This document shows, in pieces, positions 35,086-39,806 of a stretch of 39,806 nucleotides of DNA. A program made the position numbers and the translations under genes. Under the pieces are notes generated by a model, which saw only the letters and a list, made by a program, of their open reading frames with translations, was not told the DNA's origin and made no database searches. This DNA comes from an uncultured Chloroflexota bacterium (GTDB lineage Bacteria > Chloroflexota > Limnocylindria > Limnocylindrales > Limnocylindraceae): positions 1-39,806 of the forward strand of contig CAJARA010000034.1 in NCBI GenBank assembly GCA_903944295.1, in the 5' to 3' direction. The first letter of the stretch is position 1. Every line of letters starts with the position of its first letter.

Positions 35086-35106
35086 ATGAGTGGAGTAGCG
35101 GGATGA
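35086..35106 (+). other. Possible leaderless 6-codon mini-ORF (MSGVAG) overlapping the serS start
   Basis: ATG AGT GGA GTA GCG GGA TGA. The TGA (35104-35106) overlaps the serS ATG (35103-35105). Confidence 0.25.
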
Positions 35107-36437
35107 GCGTCGGAACACAGCGGCTCCGAGACGACGCCGACCGCCTGCGTGCAGGCGCAATCGCCAAACGCGAAGACCCCGCCGTTGTTGACGCCGCTCT
35201 CGCCGCCGACACGAGCCGTCGAGAGCTCTCGGTCAAGGTTGACGCGCTCCGCGCCGAGCGGAAGAACATCTCTGCCGAAGTTGGTGCACTCCTCGCCGCT
35301 GGCACCGCGAAGGACGACGCGAAGGTGGTTACTGGGAAGGCCGCTTCACAGAAGATCGCCGATCAGCTGACGCAGCTGGAAGAGCAGCTCGCAACCGCAG
35401 AGGCGGCGCTTGAAGATGCACTGCTCCGCATTCCGAATCCGCCCGACGAAGACATTCCAGTTGGTGGTGCGGAAGCGAATCGCAGCATTCGGACCTGGGC
35501 GCCGAAGGGGCATTCGGGGATCCCCGCGGACGGGAGCGCACCAGCAACGGCGCCGGCACCAGAGCACGACGCGGTGGCGGAGCGCCTCGGCATCTTTGAC
35601 TTAGAACGCGGTGCAAAGGTGGCAGGGGCCGCCTTCCCTGCCTATCGCGCGGACGGCGCGGCACTCATTCGCGCGCTGATCAATCTCTTCCTTGACACGC
35701 ATGTGCGCGAGAACGGTTTCACTGAGATCTGGCCGCCGATCCTTGTCAATGAGGCCTCTGCGCGCGGCACAGGGCAGATCCCCGACAAGGAAGATCAGAT
35801 GTACGTCGTTGGTCGTGACGGCTTCTATCTTGCCCCGACGGCTGAGGTCCCTGTGACGAACCTGCACCGTGACGAGATCTTGGATGGCGCGCAGCTGCCG
35901 ATCCGCTACGCGGCGTACACCCCCTGCTTCCGTCGCGAAGCGGGAGCTGCCGGTCGCGAGACGCGCGGCATCCTGCGTCTGCACCAGTTCGACAAGGTTG
36001 AGATGGTCAGCTTTGAGCGACCAGAGGAGTCGCGCGCTGCACTCGAGTGGCTCACCGAGCGCGCCGAGATTCTGCTGCAGCGACTCGAGCTCCCGTACCG
36101 CGTCCTGCTGATGGCGACGGGGGACATGGGCTTCGTCCAGATGCGCAAGTACGACCTTGAGGTCTGGGCGGCGGGATCGAAGCGCTGGCTCGAAGTTTCA
36201 TCCTGCTCCAACTTTGGCGATTACCAGGCGCGACGCATGGCGATCCGTCATCGCAGTGAGGCGGGGGCGAAGCCAGAGCTCGTTCACACGCTGAACGGTT
36301 CCGGCCTTGCGATCCCGCGCGTCTTGGCGGCGCTGCTGGAGAACGGCGCGCAGCCAGACGGGAGCGTCAAGCTCCCCGCCGTGCTGCATCCGTACCTCGG
36401 CGGCCGCACGCACCTCGCCCCACCCCCAGCGCGTTGA
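35103..36437 (+). CDS. serS: Serine--tRNA ligase
   Basis: N-terminal coiled-coil arm. Class II motifs YTPCFRREAGAAGRETRGILRLHQFDKVE and NGSGLAIPR. Confidence 0.94.
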   Translation: MSVGTQRLRDDADRLRAGAIAKREDPAVVDAALAADTSRRELSVKVDALRAERKNISAEVGALLAAGTAKDDAKVVTGKAASQKIADQLTQLEEQLATAEAALEDALLRIPNPPDEDIPVGGAEANRSIRTWAPKGHSGIPADGSAPATAPAPEHDAVAERLGIFDLERGAKVAGAAFPAYRADGAALIRALINLFLDTHVRENGFTEIWPPILVNEASARGTGQIPDKEDQMYVVGRDGFYLAPTAEVPVTNLHRDEILDGAQLPIRYAAYTPCFRREAGAAGRETRGILRLHQFDKVEMVSFERPEESRAALEWLTERAEILLQRLELPYRVLLMATGDMGFVQMRKYDLEVWAAGSKRWLEVSSCSNFGDYQARRMAIRHRSEAGAKPELVHTLNGSGLAIPRVLAALLENGAQPDGSVKLPAVLHPYLGGRTHLAPPPAR

Positions 36438-36452
36438 GATGAGCCACTCGGT

Positions 36453-36923
36453 ATGAGCCACCCAGCCAACATCACCACGAAGGCTGCGCTCATTGCGCAC
36501 ATCGATATCGTGCGGCGCGCGCTCGATGATGCGATCTCGATGACGCGCGCAGACGCCTGGAACGAGCGCGCCGACGGCAGCTCCACACGGACGGTGCTGC
36601 TCGCCCACATTGAGTGGTGGGAGCGTCGTGGCAGCTACGAGATCGGTGTGATGAAGAGTGGCGGGACGCCGCACCGCACCGCGGAGTCACTTGATCAACT
36701 CAACGCCCGTATTGACCGCGAGAGTGCCAAGCGTGAGGCGGCAGAGGTGATCTCCTCTGAGGCTGGCGCCTGGTGGGAGCTCCGCACCCTGGTTCTCTCG
36801 CTGAGCGAGGCGGAGCTCTTTGATGAGCGCGCCTTCCCCGCCCTTGAGGGCGAGTCCCTGCAGCAGCTGGTCCAGCAGGAGAGCAGCGCGCACTGGGCCG
36901 ACCACATCAAGCACTTCGGCTGA
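36453..36923 (+). CDS. Hypothetical protein (156 aa), possibly a DinB/ClbS-like four-helix bundle
   Basis: Clean ORF. The pattern KAALIAHID...L...I and LLAHIEWWE is reminiscent of DinB/DfsB-type proteins, but this is only weak resemblance by eye. Confidence 0.45.
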   Translation: MSHPANITTKAALIAHIDIVRRALDDAISMTRADAWNERADGSSTRTVLLAHIEWWERRGSYEIGVMKSGGTPHRTAESLDQLNARIDRESAKREAAEVISSEAGAWWELRTLVLSLSEAELFDERAFPALEGESLQQLVQQESSAHWADHIKHFG

Positions 36924-36955
36924 GCGGCAGCCCCGCATCCGATACACTGCGCGGC

Positions 36956-37047
36956 GGAGGGGTGCCGGAGTGGTTGAACGGAGCTGTCTTGAAAACAGCC
37001 CAGGCTGGTAACGGTCTGCGGGGGTTCGAATCCCTCCCCCTCCGCCA
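36956..37047 (+). tRNA. tRNA-Ser (anticodon UGA), CCA encoded
   Basis: Acceptor GGAGGGG / CCCCTCC, D-arm GCCGGAGTGGTTGAACGG. The anticodon stem-loop is GCTGT-CTTGAAA-ACAGC, with the anticodon TGA at 36990-36992. It has a long variable arm, a GGTTCGAATCC T-loop, and ends in GCCA. Confidence 0.93.
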
Positions 37048-37053
37048 CACCGT

Positions 37054-37275
37054 ATGAAGCGGCTCGGCCTTTGCGGCGGCTGTGCGGAGGCACGCGAGAT
37101 CACCAGTGGACGAGGATCTGACTTCTTGCGCTGCGGCCTCTCTGACCGCGACCCACGCTACGCGCGCTACCCGCGCCTCCCAGTGATGCGCTGTGCCGGA
37201 TTTAGCGCTGCGACTCCGCCCGACGTGTTGCCGCCATCAGCAGCTCCCAAAGCGCCCGAAGATCCTCAGGACTGA
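37054..37275 (+). CDS. Small Cys-rich (CxxC...C...C) protein, conserved-hypothetical-like
   Basis: MKRLGLCGGCAEAREITSGRGSDFLRCGLSDRDPRYARYPRLPVMRCAGF... starts 6 nt after the tRNA CCA. The last 74 nt overlap the convergent chorismate mutase gene. Confidence 0.4.
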   Translation: MKRLGLCGGCAEAREITSGRGSDFLRCGLSDRDPRYARYPRLPVMRCAGFSAATPPDVLPPSAAPKAPEDPQD

Positions 37276-37480
37276 GTGCGCCAGCGCCGTGCGCGCTGAT
37301 GCGCGACAGGAGCTGCGCCTCTCGCTCTGGATCGTGCACTGGCCGGCCGAGTGCCGCCTTCGCGGCGCCCGCCTCCAGTGCAAAGTTCGTGCGCTCTTCC
37401 AAGAGTTTCAGCAGCTCGCTATCAATGCGATCAATCTCGCTGCGAATCTCAGCGAGCCGGGCGGCTGGATCACCGCTCAC
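37202..37480 (-). CDS. Chorismate mutase (AroQ-class, small helical type)
   Basis: LAEIRSEIDRIDSELLKLLEERTNFALEAGAAK...PVHDPEREAQLL. GTGA overlap with the upstream gene. Confidence 0.88.
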   Translation of the reverse strand: MSGDPAARLAEIRSEIDRIDSELLKLLEERTNFALEAGAAKAALGRPVHDPEREAQLLSRISAHGAGALSPEDLRALWELLMAATRRAESQR

Positions 37481-37986
37481 TTCGTTGCCTCCGCGCGCAG
37501 TTCGGCGATGAGTGCAACGGCGCGTTCGTAGCCTGCGGCGAGCATCCCGCGCACGGCGACTGCGGCAACATCTTCTAGCAGGCTGATGTGGCGGAAGGCT
37601 TCGCGCTCCTCTGGATTGGAGAGGTGCACTTCGGCGAAGGGTCGCTCTACCGCCAAGAGTGCATCGCGGAGGCTGACGCTGGTGTGTGTTAGTCCGCCAG
37701 GGTTGATGATCACCCAGGAGAAGTCGCGTACATGCAGCCGATCAATAAGGTCCCCCTCATGATTCGATTGAAAGGCATCAACGAGTGTCATCCCTGCGGC
37801 CTCTGCTGCGGTGGCAACGCGCGTCTCGATCTCATCCAGCGTGGTGGTGCCGTAGCGCTCGGGCTCGCGCTCGCCGAGTAGGTTCAGGCTGGGGCCGTTC
37901 AGCAGCAGGATCTCGTCGCCCGCCGCATGCGCGCGTGCCCGCGGGGGGAGGGCGCTGGCGCTGATGCGCGTTGCTCGCTCGGTCAT
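37477..37986 (-). CDS. aroQ: Type II 3-dehydroquinate dehydratase
   Basis: ILLLNGPSLNLLGEREPE.YG, FQSNHEGDLID, INPGGLTHTSV and EVHLSN. Confidence 0.94.
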   Translation of the reverse strand: MTERATRISASALPPRARAHAAGDEILLLNGPSLNLLGEREPERYGTTTLDEIETRVATAAEAAGMTLVDAFQSNHEGDLIDRLHVRDFSWVIINPGGLTHTSVSLRDALLAVERPFAEVHLSNPEEREAFRHISLLEDVAAVAVRGMLAAGYERAVALIAELRAEATK

Positions 37987-39674
37987 CGTGTCCCTCCGCC
38001 TCTCGTGTTGCCCGCCAGCATCTGCGTTGCGGCGCGTAGGACGAGGCTAGCAGGGACGTCGTCACGAATCACGAAGCTCTTCGCGGTGGGGAGGACCCAG
38101 CGAATCTTCCCGCCCGCCACCTTCTTGTCGTGCGTCGTTGCCTCAACGAGTGCGGCGGGGGACTCACGGCGCGGCGCGGCACCAAGGCCGAGCGCATCAA
38201 GGAGTGCGAGCGCACGTGCGGCGCGTGGCGCTGGCGTGACGCCAAGCTCAAGGCCAATCGTGAGCGCGGCGCGAAGGCCGTAGCCGACCGCCTCGCCATG
38301 CAGGATCCCCTTGTAGTTTGCCGCCTGTTCGAGCGCATGGCCGAGGGTGTGACCAAGGTTGAGGCTCATGCGGAGGCCCGCTTCTCGCTCATCTGCCGCC
38401 ACCACGTTGCACTTCCACCATCCGGCGCGCTCCACGATCTCCGCGTAGGTTCCGTCTTCATGTAGCTCTGGATCGCCCGCAACGAGTCGCGGCGCCACCT
38501 CTTCGAGCAGCGTGAAGAGTCGATCCTCACCGAGCAGAGCAATCTTCACCGCCTCACCTGTTGCGGCGAGGATCTCGCGCGTTGGGAGGGTGCGCAGCGC
38601 ATCGAGGTCGGCGATGACGGCGAGTGGCTGATGGAAGGCGCCAACGAGGTTCTTCCCCTCTGGGAGGTCAACGCCCGTCTTGCCGCCGAGTGATGCATCC
38701 AACTGCGCGGCGAGTGTGGTGGGGACGGCAACCCAGTCAATGCCCCGGAGGTAGAGCGCAGCGAGCAGGCCCGCCGTGTCACTCAGTGCGCCGCCGCCAA
38801 CTGCAATGAGAAGATCGCCGCGCTCAACGCCAGCGGCGGCGAGGCTGCGTGCCGCCTCATCAATCACGGTGAGCTGCTTCGCCGATTCGCCAGACTCTAG
38901 CGTGAGCGGGACCACGGTGATCTTGGCGCGCTTCAACGCCGCGGCGATGTTGCCACCAATCGCGCGCTCCGCGTTCGGCTCGCTCACCAGAACGACGCGG
39001 CTCGCGTTGCGTACCTTGAGCGCGCGCACGAGCGACTCTGCGGCAATGCCGACACCGAGCTCCCAGTGGCCGCTCGGCAGTGCAGCGGAGAGGAGCATTC
39101 GGCCGGTGTTACGCGGCGTGGCGCGTAGCAGGTCGATAGCAGGCTGAGAGAGAGTCCCTGGACTTTTCTTGCTCTCGAGTCGTGTGCCGATGGCGTAGAA
39201 GCGCGAACGCTCCGTGCGCAGTGTGCGCAGCGAGGCCTCTGGGTTCCCCTTACTCATCAGCGGTCGGACAACACGTGCGGTGCGAAGGCGCCCGGCGATG
39301 ACTGGATCTGGTGCGTCGAGCCAGAGGATGCGGGCACGTTGGCTTAACGTCCAGCGGTTGCGCGGGTCAACGAGCGTCCCGCCACCGAGCGAGATGATGC
39401 GTCCAATGCCGAGCTCTGCGGCAACGTCGCCTGCGGGCGGCGCAACTTCGTCGAGCGCGGCAACGGCGGAGCGTTCGCGGATGCGGAAGCCCTCTTCGCC
39501 TTCGCGCTTGAAGATCTCGTCCACGCTGTCTTTCGGGACGCCGGTGCTGGCGATGATGCTGCGGTCAAGGTCGAGGAGTGGCACGTTCAGTGTGGTCGCA
39601 AGGCGACGGCCGAGTGAGCTCTTCCCCACGCCAGGGAGGCCGACGAGTGCAAGGTTGCTGCGCCGCGTCGCCAT
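37983..39674 (-). CDS. aroKB: Fused shikimate kinase / 3-dehydroquinate synthase
   Basis: The N-terminal ~170 aa carry LALVGLPGVGKSSLGRRLA and SLGGG (AroK). The C-terminal part carries VGGGALSD.AG, DASLGGKTGV and LNLGHTLGHALE (AroB). It is one uninterrupted 563-codon frame. Confidence 0.9.
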   Translation of the reverse strand: MATRRSNLALVGLPGVGKSSLGRRLATTLNVPLLDLDRSIIASTGVPKDSVDEIFKREGEEGFRIRERSAVAALDEVAPPAGDVAAELGIGRIISLGGGTLVDPRNRWTLSQRARILWLDAPDPVIAGRLRTARVVRPLMSKGNPEASLRTLRTERSRFYAIGTRLESKKSPGTLSQPAIDLLRATPRNTGRMLLSAALPSGHWELGVGIAAESLVRALKVRNASRVVLVSEPNAERAIGGNIAAALKRAKITVVPLTLESGESAKQLTVIDEAARSLAAAGVERGDLLIAVGGGALSDTAGLLAALYLRGIDWVAVPTTLAAQLDASLGGKTGVDLPEGKNLVGAFHQPLAVIADLDALRTLPTREILAATGEAVKIALLGEDRLFTLLEEVAPRLVAGDPELHEDGTYAEIVERAGWWKCNVVAADEREAGLRMSLNLGHTLGHALEQAANYKGILHGEAVGYGLRAALTIGLELGVTPAPRAARALALLDALGLGAAPRRESPAALVEATTHDKKVAGGKIRWVLPTAKSFVIRDDVPASLVLRAATQMLAGNTRGGGTR

Positions 39675-39680
39675 CAGCGT

Positions 39681-39806
39681 CTAGTCGTCGCCGCCGGACC
39701 CCGCGGCGCTGGTGCCACTCGCGTCCGTCTCGGGATCAGCCTTGCCGCCCGCTGCCGGTGCGGATCGCGGGATAGCGGCACGTGCACGGAGCGCCGCAAG
39801 GTTCGC
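39681..39806 (-). CDS. 3' end of an upstream gene that runs off the window (possibly chorismate synthase by operon context)
   Basis: The reverse frame is open from the window edge to TAG at 39683-39681 and encodes ...ANLAALRARAAIPRSAPAAGGKADPETDASGTSAAGSGGDD*. It ends 6 nt upstream of the aroKB start. The product guess rests on synteny only. Confidence 0.3.
   Translation of the reverse strand, partial: ANLAALRARAAIPRSAPAAGGKADPETDASGTSAAGSGGDD

Noticed and set aside
33469-35102. T-box or other riboswitch leaders upstream of lysK and serS
   Set aside because: The intergenic gaps are only 9 nt and 26 nt, far too short for a T-box or any known riboswitch.
36956-37300. The tRNA-Ser 3' flank as a possible integration site for a genomic island or prophage
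   Set aside because: No integrase, recombinase, phage-like gene or direct repeat of the tRNA 3' end is visible downstream. The aro operon follows immediately.
1-39806. CRISPR arrays, tandem repeats, IS elements, toxin-antitoxin pairs and known defence-system genes
   Set aside because: My scan by eye found no regularly spaced direct repeats, no transposase- or integrase-like ORFs, and no recognisable defence hallmarks. The only exception is the speculative PD-(D/E)xK-like protein reported above.

Overview
High-GC, very gene-dense chromosomal window. I call about 41 protein genes and one tRNA, and found no rRNA, CRISPR array, transposase, integrase or other clear mobile element. Most of the content is housekeeping: a five-gene peptide-type ABC importer, pdxH, a coaX-coaBC-panB-panC chain, gdh, degV, ndk, lepB, a membrane pyrophosphatase, uppP, argR, class I lysyl-tRNA synthetase, serS, tRNA-Ser(UGA), and an aro operon containing an aroK-aroB fusion, aroQ and chorismate mutase. 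Two edge-truncated genes are missing from the ORF track because they have no stop inside the window: a secreted beta-helix protein at 1-2076(-) and a 42-codon 3' fragment at 39681-39806(-). The most interesting points are: (1) a leaderless pair made of a Cys4 zinc-ribbon mini-protein and a coiled-coil / PD-(D/E)xK-like protein; (2) an E2 acyltransferase cut by an in-frame TAA into a free lipoyl domain and a free catalytic domain; (3) an M16 peptidase whose HxxEH motif lies upstream of any canonical start codon, with a CTG that overlaps the upstream TGA; (4) signal peptidase I translationally chained to two unknown polytopic membrane proteins; (5) a recurring TAnnnT-N6-start arrangement that suggests widespread leaderless transcription, including back-to-back promoters and a leaderless mini-ORF overlapping the serS start. 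All functional calls rest on motif recognition by eye, with no database search. Taxonomy cannot be assigned beyond a high-GC, leaderless-prone lineage (Actinomycetota/Chloroflexota-like).
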